Source: Octopus bimaculoides
Taxonomy: Eukaryota
DNA length: 35,134 bases
Assembly: GCF_001194135.2 (NCBI RefSeq)
Contig: NC_068981.1
Location: 183,199,953-183,235,086, forward strand
Direction of reading: 5' to 3'
The position numbers and the translations under genes were made by a program. Below the pieces are notes generated by a model. It saw only the letters and a list, made by a program, of their open reading frames with translations, ran no database searches and had not been told where the DNA came from. Within the stretch, counting starts at the first letter, position 1; the number at the start of each line of letters is the position of its first letter. Below are positions 34,801 to 35,134 of this stretch, piece after piece.

Positions 34801-34880
34801 GGTTAGACTGTCAAAGGCGAAAGGTTATAGGTTAAGCTGTCAAAGGTGAAAGGTTATAGGTTAGGCTGTCAAAGGTGAAA
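34801..34880 (+). repeat. 29-bp minisatellite, about 2.8 copies
   Basis: Unit GGTTA(G/A)(A/G)CTGTCAAAGG(C/T)GAAAGGTTATA at 34801-34829, 34830-34858 and 34859-34880 (partial). Confidence 0.9.
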
Positions 34881-34999
34881 CGTGAGAAGTTACGTAGGTA
34901 AAGATATGAATTTTGAGAGATGATGTTTGTGTGCGAGAAATATAGATTTAAGTGAAGAGTATATATCATCTTTGTAAGAATGAGCATTGTTAGAAGTGA

Positions 35000-35016
35000 G
35001 CACACGATATATATAA

Positions 35017-35069
<53 letters not shown>
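35000..35069 (+). repeat. (CA)n microsatellite
   Basis: Direct reading. Confidence 0.95.
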
Positions 35070-35072
<3 letters not shown>

Positions 35073-35134
35073 TGGAAACAACGGTTGCAATAACCGACTA
35101 AGGGATAAATTATCCGTATGTACTATCGGTATTC

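Overview
AT-rich, repeat-dense eukaryotic genomic DNA from a gapped draft assembly (nine N runs). The SINE families, microsatellite load and IL-17 type suggest a coleoid cephalopod, most likely Octopus; this is an inference. Positions 785-23919 (+) hold 12 phase-compatible GT-AG exons (1282 nt, about 427 codons) encoding the C-terminal half of SART3/p110 (Prp24 orthologue): late HAT/TPR repeats, a basic linker, RRM1 and RRM2. Upstream exons lie before the window and the terminal exon was not found. At the far end (34310-34720, -) is an intact IL-17-like cystine-knot cytokine exon. Everything else is tRNA-derived SINEs, a modular repeat with a LINE-like tail, several DNA-transposon MITEs with readable TIRs and TSDs (hAT, piggyBac, mariner/Tc1, and a Merlin-like element carrying a telomere-repeat palindrome), microsatellites and gaps. 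Almost all other ORF-track entries are spurious. The best leads are the telomere-palindrome MITE, the atypical IL-17 and its flanks, an orphan 72-aa signal-peptide-like ORF, the missing SART3 last exon, and a sharp CpG-depletion boundary near 25.5 kb. No databases were searched; family calls come from recalled motifs.
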